Below, piece after piece: positions 11,300 to 23,449 of a stretch of DNA of 43,364 nucleotides; positions within the stretch are counted from its first letter, which is position 1; every line of letters begins with the position of its first letter. The stretch lies in the NCBI RefSeq assembly GCF_006345805.1, contig NW_021834995.1, positions 1 through 43,364 on the forward strand, in the 5' to 3' direction. A program made the translations under genes and the position numbers. Under the pieces are notes generated by a model. The model was given only the letters and a program-made list of their open reading frames with translations. It did not search any database and was not told where the DNA came from. This DNA comes from Octopus sinensis. Its lineage: Eukaryota.

Positions 11300-12530
11300 T
11301 CTGTATGCCTTTCAACACAGGGAGTTGGTAAAAAGATTCTGTATCCTGCTGGTGATACGACAGTTTGTAGCCTGAAACCAGAAACCAATGGTGTTATATA
11401 ATCAGACCCCCATCTCCTTGCTGGCTATCATTTTGATACAGAAACTGTGCTTTGAAATCCTTAGACAGATTGTCCTCAGGAAATAGAAGTTTCTGCTGTT
11501 ATAATGCTACCTGCACTGTTGTACATTTCTCTCTTTCTCTGCCTCTCCAGTGATTCTGGTTAGAAAACCTTCAGATGGCTCTTACTTTCACATACGTAAC
11601 AACTGAGCTTTCTAACCTACACTGCCAGCAGCAGCAGTCTTTGCACCCACAGGAGATACAAGTTCAGAGCTGTTCTATGATCTGTAGTTGGAGTGAGATC
11701 ATCAATTTTTATATGGTCATGCAGACCCCCACCCAACCACATTATTCTTGGTTACCTTACCACAGACCACTTTGTGGAACCATTCAGTGCTACAAAGGTG
11801 GCAACAAGCCATGGAACAATATGGATACCAGTGTCCCTGATTGTGACCTTGTTCAGCATTGCTTTACATATTAGCGCCCCAGTTTATGAACAGATGTATG
11901 ATGCCTGTTGTCTTGCCTTGTCCTAATTTTGAAGATCAAGTACATACTCCCATATGTCCTGCTCTGATCAACAGAAGAAACATCAATACATATACCACTT
12001 AAAGTTTCTCCCAACTGTTCTTTTGAAGGTAATTGGAAAAACATTCTCTCATTTGTGAAACAGAGAGGTTATCTTCTTCCTTGTCCATGCTTAAATAAAT
12101 TCTTCAGGCAAGAGAGAAAAGCTTCCTTTAGTGACATACTGATTTTTACTTCAGAAATGGGTTTTTGCCTAATCCTTCTCTCTGGTTAGCAACACTAGCA
12201 AAGGAATTGTTGCTTAAGCTTTTGCTTGTGTCATGAAAATAAATTTTGAAATTGTGATATTTTTCACAATTGGTAAAATATATGCACCTGTCTGTTGAAT
12301 TCAGTTTCTTTTATCTTTTTTTTTTTTGTTCCATTTGTACTGTGTTGTTTCATTTAATCTTACATACAAAACAAAGTTGATCTTTGGAGAAATTAGACTC
12401 AAAAACTAAAGATTTTGTCCAATGTGTTAATGATTCTGCCAATCAGTTGTTTTTAATGATGATGATAATAATAATTTCATTTTTTTAAATTATTTATTAA
12501 TATTAATAAATTTTGGCTAGACACATGGAT

Positions 12531-15500
12531 TATTGAAATGTTGGAGTGATGCCATGTTGATGTGTGTGGTGTGCGAGAAGTAAGATGGAGATTCCTCATA
12601 GGTAAGAGACAGAGACTCAAATTCTTCTGGGCTGGCAGGAAGGATGGGGTGGGTGGAGTAGGCATACTATTAGCAGAAAAGTGGGTAGATAAGGTAATTG
12701 AGGTAGTCACAGTATGAGATAAGGTAATTAATATGAGACTTATCATAGGTAAATTAACAGTTACGTTCATCTGTCTATGCTCCTCAGTCTGGGCTGACTG
12801 ATGAGCAGAAGGACCAATTCTATGAGGTCCTTTTGCAGACTACCTCAACAACAAATGACAAAGACTTTGTTATTGTAGTTGGTGACTTCAATAGACATGT
12901 TGGACAGTATCCCCATGGATTCTAGGGAGAGCATGGGGGCTATGGTTTTGGACCTAGAAATGGGGAGGAACAAGATTGCTGGAGTTCTGGGGTGCAAATG
13001 ATCTCAAGATCTATAACACTAACTTCAAAATACCAGCCAGCCACCTAATCACTTATCAGTCTGGTGAGTAACATAACCAGGTAATGAGATAGATGGATGC
13101 TTAAAAATTGCAAAGTCTTTCCCAGGTGAAGAGTGTACAACCCAACATAGGTCACTAGTTAGCGACTTCATAATTAGAGCTAGAAAGACTCGGAGAAATA
13201 AACCAATCTGGAAAAGAAGACTATGGAAGCTCAAAGACCCAGCAAACACACAAAATTTTAGAGATGTACTAATGGAAGCTCCTGAAGAAAGAGAGGAAGA
13301 GTTTCAGGTCATATAGCTTAGAGGACAATTAGAAGTTCCTGCAGGACAATCTACTGAGGATTACAGATGAAATCTGTGGTTGGTGCAGACTCCCAGCTAG
13401 ACCAAGGGTGATATGGTGGTGGAGCAAGGAAGTTGACAGTGATATAAAAGAAAAAAGGACAGGCCTAGAAAGACTGGAAAATGGTGGAAGCAGAGAATTA
13501 TATCAGGTAGCCAAAAGGGCAGCTAAGCATCAGGTATACATAGCAAAAGGAGCAGCTGAAGGTAAAAGATTTTCATGTTTTAGAGCATGAGGATTAGAGG
13601 CATGAGGTGTTCAGGATTGTAAAGCAGTGTATCAGAGAAAATAGATATATGGTAGGTGAGAAATGTGTGTAAATGGGTAATGGTAGGCTTACACTTAGTG
13701 ACTCAGAGAAGAATGATGCATGGAAGTGTCACTATGAAAGGTTACTGAATGTGAAAAATGAATGGGAGGAGAATTTACCAAATATTGAACCAAGTGAGGG
13801 ACCAACCATCAGAGTTGATAGCAGCATAATAATTAAGGATATGAAGACAGGGAAAGCCCCTGGGCCATCAGGAATCACTGCCAAGATGATTAAAATTTCC
13901 AAGAGTAAAGATGATGCCTTAGAAACAACTACAGAGACATTAAACTGCTACACCAAACCATGAAAGTTACTGAGAGGATTATAGCTCAATTGATTAGGGA
14001 TAGAATTGAAACTAGATGAGATGCAGTTTAGTTTTGTACCTGGGAAGAGTATCACAGATGCCATCTTCCTAGTGAGACAACTGCAGGAAAAGTACTTGGT
14101 CAAAAGTAAGCCATTGTACTTAGCCTTCGTCAACCTGGAGAAAGCTTTCAACACAGTTCCCCACTCTGTTATATGGTGGTCGCTAAGGAAGTTAGGAATA
14201 CAGGAGTGGCTTGTTAGAGCTGTACAAGCATGTGCAGTGGTGCTGTCAGTAAGGTGAGAGTCAGCCATGAATAAAGTGATGAATTTAGTGTACAGGTAGG
14301 GGTTCACCAGGGCTCAGTTCTCAGCTCACACTTATTCATTATAGTCCTCCAGGCCATAACAGAATTATTCAAAACTGGTGCCCATGGGAACTGCTATATG
14401 CTGATGACCTTGCTCTTATTGCAGAATCTTTAGCAGAATTGGAATTAAAGAGCCTTGAAGTTAACCTAGCAAAGTAGTTGTTAGTAAGAAAGAAGATAAA
14501 ACTCTCTTTCCATCAAGTAAATGGCCCTGCTCAATATGTAGGAAAAGAATGGACAAAATTCCATTCACTACAACCAGTGTAATCTATGGACACATAGGAG
14601 GTGCAGTAGAATCACAGGTAGATTAACAGATAAAGTCATCTTTGTATGTGGCAGATGTGCAGGAACAATAATCACTAAGAGTACATGGGACTTAGATTCT
14701 CTCAAATGCGCAGGAATCTCTCTTGAAGTTGTAGATAGTTTCTGTTACCTACTTAGGTAACCAAATTAGCAATGGTAGAGGATGCTCTGAAAGTACTGTT
14801 TCTAAAATAAGAATTGGGTGAAGGAAGATCAGAGTACTATTACCTCTGTTGGCAACAAAAGGGCTCTCTCTCTCAGAGTGGAAGGTAGACTATATGATGC
14901 TTGTGTGCAAACAGCTATACTCCATGATAGTGAGACATGGGCTCTGAATGCAGAAGACATGCATAGACTGGAGAGAAATGAAGGTAGTATGCTCCATTGG
15001 ATATGTAATATCAGTGCACATGGACAGCAAAGTGCAAATGTATTGAGAGAAAAGTTGGGCATAAGAGGAATCAAATGTAGCATGCAAGAGAGAAGACTAC
15101 GTCGGTTTGGACATGTGATGCATATGTATGAAGACAACTGCATAAAGAAGTGCCAATCACTGAAAATGGATGGTACTCGTGGAAGAGGGAGACCCAAGAA
15201 GACATGGGATCAAGTGGTAAGGACCAAGCTCAGGATGTTATGGTTTCATGGAGGAAATGACAATGGACTGAGATGTCTGGCGATATGAAGTTCTTGAGAA
15301 AACCCATACAGATCAGTGAAACTGAGTGTTAGAAGCGCTGTGTGTCCCACCCACACTTAACAAGAAAGCTTCTCACACACTCTTCCACAACAAACCAAAC
15401 TACATCTCTACATCTCTTCTCTTCCTCACATTTCCACTTCATGCATTATGCTTACCTCTGACTCCCCAACCCTGTCCTCTTGACCCTGTGCCACTGTATC

Positions 15501-16140
15501 ATTGCACTCCGCTAGCCCTGACCTGTGTGTTCCACCCCCACCCACAGGATTTTGCAATTCTCATTTTCGGTGACTCCTTCTGTAGTTTGCTGATACCATG
15601 TCTTTACTCTTCGTAGGCCATGATCTCCACAGAGTTCCCAATGGATCATTCTTTCCACAATGTCATGGCACCTTTGGTATTTGCATTGTGCCAATTTATT
15701 ATTGCTATTTACAAGCCCCCAACCTGTGTGTTCCACATATAACAAGAAAACTTTTCACTCACCCTACCCCCAACAAACCAATCTACATCTCCACATCTCT
15801 TCTCTTCCTCACATTTCTTCCTTCAGACACTATGCCTAACTCTCACTCCCCAACCCTGTCCTCACAGCCCTGTTCCTCTATATCATTGCTATCCGGCAGC
15901 CCCCTCCCCCAACTATATATACCCAGGTTTTTGCCACTCACTCCCCCTCTCCTCTGCACTCTTTAATCATACTTCCTTTGCAATATCCTGCCACTTATAT
16001 TATGGCATTCAATCCACAAGGGTATGCCCTGGCACTTGTCACAATCTATATCTCTCTCTTCCTTTACTCAACCATTCCATTTATATTCTGATCCCCTCCT
16101 TTGTGAGTATGCCTGGCATTTTGCCACCATCTCTATCTTG

Positions 16141-16171
<31 letters not shown>

Positions 16172-16248
16172 CTTCTCCTGCACTTCCCTCTGATTGGGTA
16201 ACCATGTATTTCCTTTGCAGTAGCACACCTGTTTCGCTTTTCATTCCT

Positions 16249-16305
<57 letters not shown>

Positions 16306-16712
16306 AGCTGGGTAACCTTGTACTTCCTCTAGAGCAAGACACCTGTTTCTGTCTCTCTGTCGCACTATACCCTTTCATCATCTGACACAACATCAGCTCT
16401 TCCAATGCCCCCTCCCCTCTTAAAAGTTGTTTTTTTTTTGCCTTGCAAGTACTTGGTGACCCTGTCAGTGCAGGTGCCACTTAAAAAGTACCCAGTCCAC
16501 ACTGTAAAGTGGTTCGTGTTCAGAAGGGCATCCAGCTGTAAGAAAAGCACCAAGTCCACTCTGCTGAGTGATTGGTATTAGGAAGGGCATCCATCTGTAA
16601 AAATCCTGCTAAAACAGTCACAGAAGTCTGGTGCAGGCTTCTGCCTGGCCAGCTCTTGTCAAACCATCCCACACATGCTAGCATGGAAGGTTGACATTAA
16701 ACAATGATCATG
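12531..16712 (+). mobile_element. Older degraded RTE family 1-related LINE (endonuclease through RT, PHD, long pyrimidine-rich 3'UTR, conserved 3' terminus)
   Basis: HVDVCG.REVRWR, FFWAG..DGVGGVGILL, SVYAPQ, GDFN, KAPGPSGIT, LEKAFNTVP, LLYADDL, GRGRPKKTW, with many stops and frameshifts. Terminal catgctagcatg at about 16674-16685. Confidence 0.85.
15541..15693 (-). mobile_element. Internal fragment of an R4/Dong-type LINE inside the RTE 3'UTR
   Basis: Reverse complement aligns with about 17520-17673 (RHD..MIHWELC...ENCKILW). Confidence 0.85.
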
Positions 16713-16773
16713 TTGACCAATTTCACCAAAGAACATGTGGCTGATTGCTTTGCTGCAATCATTGTAAATTTGC

Positions 16774-17003
16774 AATAATAATAATAATAATGGCTTCAAA
16801 TTTTGCCACAAGGGCAGCAATTTTAAGGGAGAGGATTAGACAATTACATTGAACCCAGTATTTCACTGGTACTTAATTCACTGACCCTGAAAGAATGAAA
16901 GGCAAAGTCGACCTTGGAGGAATTTGAGCTCAGAACGTAGTCGCAGACGAAATATTGCTAAGCATTTCGCCTGACATGCTAACAATTCTGCCAGCTTGCC
17001 ACC
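16774..17003 (-). mobile_element. tRNA-derived SINE (here SINE-A) embedded in (AAT)n
   Basis: Minus strand shows A-box-like tggcaagctggcagaa, B-box-like gagctcaaattcc, core gcctttcattctttcagggtc..taagtaccag, and (ATT)n on both sides. Confidence 0.85.
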
Positions 17004-17048
<45 letters not shown>

Positions 17049-17050
<2 letters not shown>

Positions 17051-18095
17051 AGTTGGCTGTACTTGTCCAGAAGGAAGGGTGTGAGAGGTTTGATCTGTTG
17101 CCAGGATTGTATCGAAGCAGAAGAAAACAGCCTAGGGCAGTATATAAAAAATGCCATGGAGCCACTGCTGAAACGCACAAAGAAGGCCAGCATCATCAGA
17201 ACTGGATATTGTGTAACTAAAGAAAAATTTAAACAAGAAATGAACAAAAAAACAGAAAAAGCATGAAAAGAAAAGAAAATGTACAGTCAGTTTGCAAGAG
17301 ATGTGAACAACAAGACAGATGCAGAAGTCTAATAGCTATGGATGTAGGAGGAGTGACCTGAAGATAGAGACAGAAGCACTCAAATGTGCTGCTCAAGAAC
17401 AAGCATTAAGGACCAATTATATGAAGTGCAGAATAGACAACACTACTAATAGTGACAAATGCAGAATGTGTGGTGAAAGGGGTGAAATGGTAAAGCATAT
17501 CATTAGTAAATGCCTGAAACTGGTACAACGCAAATACAAAAGACGCCATGACAATTTGGCAAGAATGATTCATTGGGAACTCTGTGGAAATCACGGCCTA
17601 CAAAGAGCAAAGACATGGTATCAGAAAACCCCAGAAGCATTCACCAAAAATGAGAATTGCAAAATCCTGTGGGATGCAATGATCCAGACATCGGAAACCA
17701 GACATTGTTGTGGTGAATAAAAAAGAAAGAACATCGACATAGCATGCCCCAGTGACAGCAGAATCAGTGTGAAAGAAGAAGAAAAAATAAACAACTATGA
17801 TGATTTAAAGTGGGAAATATGAAGATTGTGATCAAAGAAGAGAGTAGACATAATACCAATAGTAATTGGTGCACTTGGAAGTATCAGCACTCAACTACCA
17901 GCATGGCTGAAAAAGATCAGTGTAAGTATGAAGGTAGAACACCTACAAAAATGAGCATTGCTTGGAACTGCAAGAATTCTTCACAGAGTCCTTGAAGCAT
18001 GACCAGTAAAACAAGAGTCACCTTAGTCTGTTGGCTGCGGACACCTGACAACCAGCAATATAAGCTGTGAGTTTTAATACAAAAATAATAATAAT
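17049..18095 (+). mobile_element. 3' fragment of an R4/Dong-clade LINE (zinc knuckle plus restriction-like endonuclease), flanked by (TAA)n
   Basis: LYLSRRKGVRGL, CAAQEQALRTNY, CRMCGERGEMVKHIISKC (CCHC), KRRHDNLA, KILWD, PDIVV, IDIACP, IPIVIGALG, ALLGTARIL; tail aataataataat. Confidence 0.9.
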
Positions 18096-18306
18096 CATTT
18101 CAACTATAGATATAAGGCCTGAAATGTGGGGCATGGGCTTGCTGATTATAGCATCCCCAGTGCATAACTGGTACTTATTTTACTGACCACAAAATGATGA
18201 AAGGCCAGCTTGACCTTAGCAGAATTTGAACTCAGAACATAAAGATGGATGAAATGCAGTGTAAGCATTTTGCCCAGCATGCCAACAATTTCGCCAGCCT
18301 GCTGCC
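18096..18306 (-). mobile_element. SINE-A copy
   Basis: Same head and core as 16774-17003. Confidence 0.8.
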
Positions 18307-18320
18307 ATAATAATAATAAC

Positions 18321-18678
18321 AACAAGAGCACTTAGAGAGCACAAACCTCCGCCAAGGCAAAACCAACGTCCTCTCAACAATTAGCCAGAGATGATTTTTA
18401 AAATGAAAATATCTCAAATAAACTTGACTGCTCTCACAAACAAGAATACTAAAAATGAACCCGACTGCTCTCAGAGATTAAGTAAAAGAACAGGAAAAAT
18501 AATCCAAAATTCTTGTCCTGTATCAGATCAATCCTGAAATCTAATCAGTTCGTGCCAGTCTCAAGGCTAAACATCCCTGAAAGTTTCATCTGAATCTGTC
18601 CAACGGTTCTTGAGATATCTTGTCCACGGACAAACAAACAAACACAGCTGAAAACAATACCTCCGCCTTCGCTGAGGC
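18321..18678 (+). mobile_element. Non-autonomous Helentron/DINE-1(HINE)-like element, end clipped by an RTE tail
   Basis: Starts aacaagag; subterminal acctccgccaaggc (18345-18358); tttcatctgaatctgtccaacggttcttgagatatc block; (ACAA)n tract; terminal acctccgccttcgctgaggc half-hairpin. Family call is from pattern recall. Confidence 0.55.
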
Positions 18679-20151
18679 ATCATCATCATCATCATCATCA
18701 TTTAACGTCCGCTTTCCATGCTAGCATGGGTTGGACGATTTGACTGAGGACTGGCAAACCAGATGGCTGCACAAGGCTCCAATCTGATCTGGCGGAGTTT
18801 CTACAGCTGGATGCCCTTCCTAAGCCAACCACTCCGAGAGTGTAGTGGGTGCTTTTACATGCCACCGGCACGAGGGCCAGTCAGGCGGTACTGGCAACGG
18901 CCACACTCAAAAAGTGTTTTTTACGTGCCACCTGCACAGGAGCCAGTCCAGTGGCACTAGCGACAACCTTGCTCAAATGTTTTTTCACGTACAACCAGCA
19001 CAAGTGTCAGTAAAGTGATGCTGGTAACGATCACGCTCGAATGGTATATTTTATGTGCCACTGACACGGATGCCAGTCATTGAGCTTGATTTAGATTTCA
19101 CTTGCCTCAACAGGTCTTTGCAAGCAGAGTTTAGTGTCCAAAGAAGGAAAGGCAGGCAAAAGTGGGCTGGTTACACTCCTGGCATAGGCCACAAGGTTAT
19201 GGTCTCACTTGGTTTGCCAAGTCTTCTCAAGCACAGCATATTTCCAAAGGTCTTGGTCACTAGTCATTGCCTCAGTGAGGCCTAATGTTCGAAGGTCGTG
19301 CTTCACCACTTCATTCCAGGTCTTCCTGGGTCTACCTCTTCCACAGGTTCCCTCAACCGCTAGGATGTGGTACTTTTTCACACAGCTATCCTCATCCATT
19401 CTCGCCACATGACCATGCCAGCGCAAACGTCTCTCTTGCACACAACATCTGATGCTTCTTAGGTCCAACTTTTCTCTCAAGGTACTTACACTCTGTCAAG
19501 TATGCACACTGACATTACACATCCATCGGAGCATACTGGCTTCATTCCTTGTGAACTTACACATGCCCTCAGTAGTCACGGCCCATGTTTCACTACCATG
19601 TAGCATGGCTGTTAATACACATGCATCATACAGTCTACCTTTTACTTTGAGCGAGAGGCCCTTTGTCACCAGCAGAGATAAGAAATCTCTGAACTTTGCC
19701 CAAGCTATTCTTATTCTAGCAGCTACACTTTCAGTGCACCCTCCCCCACTACTGACTTGGTCACCTAGGTAACGGAAGCTATCAACTACTTCTAGCTTTT
19801 CTCCCTGGAATGTGATGGAAGTTGTTCTCTGTGCATTTTCAGTGTTTATTGCTTCCAAGCATCTGCCACACACAAAAACTATCTTCCCAGTTAGCCTTCC
19901 TTTGATATAACTGCACCTCTGGGTACATCTTATAGAGTTTCTACCTACGCCTTTTCTACAGATCAAGCAGTGCCATCTACCTGAAGGGATTTATGGTTTG
20001 TCTGCCTTCCTACATATTAGGACTTTGGTTTTAGCTAGGTTGACTCTAAGGCCCTTCGATTCTAATCCTTGTTTCCACACCTGAAACTTCTCCTCTAGTT
20101 CTGATAGTGACTCAGCAATTAGAGCAAGGTTGTCAGCATAGAGGAGCTCCC
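18678..20151 (-). mobile_element. 5'-truncated RTE family 1 copy (from WELLYAD to (GAT)n tail)
   Basis: ORFs 19496-19966 and 19205-19480 are homologous to the 5372-6592 ORF; YADD is mutated to YADN; (CAT)n at 18678-18701. Confidence 0.95.
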
Positions 20152-20432
20152 TTTCTACTATAGGCACAAGGCCTGAAATTTTGAGGAAGGGGCTAAGTGG
20201 GAGGGGATAAGATAATAATAATAATTGTTTCTAATTTTGGCCCAAGGCCAGTAATTTGGGGAGGGGGTAGTTGATTACATTGACCCAATATTTGACTGCC
20301 ACTTCATTTCAATGACCCCAAAAGGATGGAAGATAGAGTTGATCTTGGTGAAATTTGAACTCAGAATGTAAAGAGTCAGAAGAAAAGCTAAGCATTTTGT
20401 GTGACATGTTAACAATTCTGCCAGCTCACCAA
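20152..20432 (-). mobile_element. SINE-A: a 3'-end fragment (20152-20200) plus a near-complete copy (20220-20432)
   Basis: ttctactataggcacaaggcctgaaatttt terminus; core ccccaaaaggatg..gatcttggtgaaatttgaactcagaa. Confidence 0.75.
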
Positions 20433-20807
20433 TAATGATGAGGATGATATCTTGTTATTTTCATTGTTTAGCCCCAGATCAGCTTTGACTGAGCAGTCCT
20501 AAACTCAGCCACTATCATGTAGTTTTTCTGTGTGTGTGTGTGTGTGTGTGGTGTGTGTGTGTACATGTGCATGTTTAGATTTGTGCTTCTCCAAAGTTTA
20601 CTGAGCTAAGAGATACCTTACTAGGAAAACAGGTAAGTGGTAAGTATTGGTGACTGGAACGCTAAACCAACAGTAAACCAAGACCTCAAAAAATATATCC
20701 ATGCTATCATGGAAAAATGGACACAAAATGAACAAATTAAGACTGTGTATGTGACATGTGTAAGAGTTTGAGGTGATTCTTTACATGTATGAGTATATGG
20801 TGGGTGG

Positions 20808-21188
20808 AGGCGCAATGGCCCAGTGGTTAGGGCAGCGGACTCGCGGTCATAGGATCGCAGTTTCGATTCCCAGACCGGGCGTTGTGAGTGTTTATTGAGC
20901 GTAAACACCTAAAGCTCCACGGGGCTCTGGCAGGGGATGGTGGTGATCCCTGCTGTACTCTTTCACCACAACTTTCTCTCACTCTTACTTCCTGTTTCTG
21001 TTGTACCTGTATTTCAAAGGGCCAGCCTTGTCACTCTCTGTGTCACGCTGAATATCCCCGAGAACTACGTTAAGGGTACATGTGTCTGTGGAGTGCTCAG
21101 CCACTTACACGTTAATTTCACGAGCAGGCTGTTCCGTTGATTCGGATCAACCGGAAACCTCGTCGTCGTAACTGACGGAGTGCTTCCA
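20808..21188 (+). mobile_element. tRNA-derived SINE (SINE-B)
   Basis: A box tggcccagtggttag and B-box-like gtttcgattccc; the 3' half is shared with 41560-41746. Confidence 0.75.
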
Positions 21189-22029
21189 TCCATATGGTGG
21201 GTAGTTATAAAGGCAAAGAAAAAAGAATTTGTAATATGAGTGTCTGATTCCAACACTTTTTTAATTACAGAAAAGAAGATACTTTAATTTAAGGGATGGA
21301 TCTATTACCATGACAAACGATTCTGAGAAGCTGATTTTGATGATACTGAGCTTTTGTTTTTATTTCATTCATTTTATTGATTTTTTAAATTTTTATTTTA
21401 TTTTTCATTTGAATCATTCTTTTAAGAATGAAACATGCATAAGCAGATATTTGCTTCTTATTTTAAAATGTTATCAGTTTCTTATTACTTCAATTTGCAG
21501 TGATGCCAGAAGAAAACAATTCCAGTATTCAAGTAATTCTAATAATCATCAGGAACAGTGTCATCTTACTCAGCAGCAATAATGTTGTGATATAATTCTT
21601 GAAATCTAAAAGGATTTTCACTATCACCATTAGTTTTTATTCAACATTGACTATCACTTTATCATTTCAATGATGACAATGATGAGAATTATAAAGGTCA
21701 GCAGTGGCAGCAGCAGGACCACCACCACCACCACCACCACCACCAGTGTATTACCAAAAATTGAAGCTTTGGATTCACTTGTCTCATATTTCTTTCAAGG
21801 AAAAGTCTTAATTGTCTTCAGACTATTATTTAACAGCAGTTACACTTTCAATGGGTAAAATGAAGTCTTTTTGCTTCTCTTTCCTTTTTCATGCTGGAAA
21901 GTGAGAGATATTCGACCATCTTAAATTATCAGCCTTATCATTTAAAATTCAACAACACTATTTACATCATTACCACTACTACCACCACCTCTTTTCATTC
22001 CTCCACAATCAGTATTTTTACTTCCTTAT

Positions 22030-22240
22030 AAAGTGGCAAATTGGCAGAATCATTAGCACACTAGACAAAATGCTGCTAAGCATATTGTCCTTTATTGTAT
22101 TCTGAGTTCAAATTCTGCTGAGTTCAACTTTGCCTTTCATCCTTTTGGGGGTTGATGAAATAAGTACCAGTTAAATGCTGGGGTCGATGTAATTGACTAG
22201 CCCTTACTCCCTCAAAATCCCAGGTACTGTGCCTATAGTC
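22030..22240 (+). mobile_element. SINE-A copy (plus orientation)
   Basis: tggcaaattggcagaatcattagc...ttctgagttcaaattc...gcctttcatccttttgggggttgatgaaataagtaccag. Confidence 0.85.
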
Positions 22241-22594
22241 TCAGATCTTAAATCCAAATATCAAAACCACTTCCCTGACACATGCTACCATTCACTGCCA
22301 CTTAAATGAAAGTAAGCTTTGTAAAAGTTTCACAAGCTATTCCTTACTCCAGAAATAGGTCCAAAAATAAAGAATATCACATATTTCCAGCTACCTTCAC
22401 ACCTATACATAGAGGAACTGTGTTATATTATTCAACAGTAGAACTATTCTCTCAACTTCAAATCTATTTTCATACTTTTATCCTCTTCAACACAACACTC
22501 TCTTGTAACTTGTACAATCTTCTGTTATTATATGAAACAGACTTGTATATTCAATAAATAATTATACATACTGACATAGTAAGAACAATGACAA

Positions 22595-23338
22595 CAACTA
22601 CTGTTTCTAATTTAGGCACAAGGTCAACAGTTTTGAGGAAAGGAGATTAGTTTAATGCCACTGACTTCAATACTTGACTGGTACTTTATTTTATTGACTC
22701 TTTGACACTGAAAGGCAAAGTTGACTCTGGAGAGATTTGAACTGAGTACATAAAATGCTGAAACAAAAACTAAAAGACATTTTTTCCAATGCTCTTAGAA
22801 TTTTACCAATCCACTGCTCTACATAACAATTTCTAATTTCGTTACATGGCCAGCAAATTTGAGGAGGGACTTCATCAATACCATCAGTCCTAATAGTTCA
22901 CAGGGAGTTTATTTAATCACTACTAAAAGGATGAAAAACAACCCACCATCCATTAATAATTGTTTCTGATTTAGGAACAAGATCAACAAGAGAGAAGAGA
23001 GTTAGGTGATATCAACAACCCCAATTTTTGGTGCTTTGCTTATTGATCACAAAAGAATGAAACAAAGAGCTGAAAGAAATATTTAATAGTTTTCTGTCCA
23101 CTACTAATTATTCTGCCAATCCACTGTCATAATAATAATAATCCTTTTTAATATAGGCACAAGGTATGTAAAGTTTGAGGGAGGGGGACTTGTTGATAAC
23201 ATCAATCCCAGTGCCCAACTAGTACTTATTTTATTGGTCCTAAAAGGATGAAAGGCAACACCAACCTAGAATGTAAAGACAGGTGAAATGCCACAAAGCA
23301 TTTTGTCTGACATGGTAATAACTGTACCAGCTTGGTAT
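22595..23338 (-). mobile_element. Head-to-tail cluster of four SINE-A copies
   Basis: Copies start at about 22600, 22830, 22955 and 23143, each with a tttc..at(t)taggcacaag-like terminus and/or the aaaggatgaaa core, separated by short AAT-rich linkers. Confidence 0.7.
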
Positions 23339-23449
23339 GGAATTTGGGATTTCCACATGCTCTGTGTTCAATATGAACAGAGGGAACAAAGCAGCCTGTA
23401 GGGGATTACAGCTGCCATTGGAAGAAACCATGAAGGGACTAGTGAGTAG

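Noticed and set aside
11340-12100. Possible decayed transposase/CXC remnant (minus-strand SCGCKDCCC)
   Set aside because: Motif fragments are scattered over frames with many stops; not distinguishable from chance by eye.
20808-20880. tRNA gene (likewise 31828-31900)
   Set aside because: A and B boxes are present, but the acceptor and anticodon stems do not pair and the sequence continues into a SINE body.
21499-21860. Q/N-rich terminal exon candidate (DARRKQFQ...QQQ*) and a 55-nt exon candidate at about 21799
   Set aside because: Low-complexity peptides, incompatible phases with nearby candidates, no recognisable homology.
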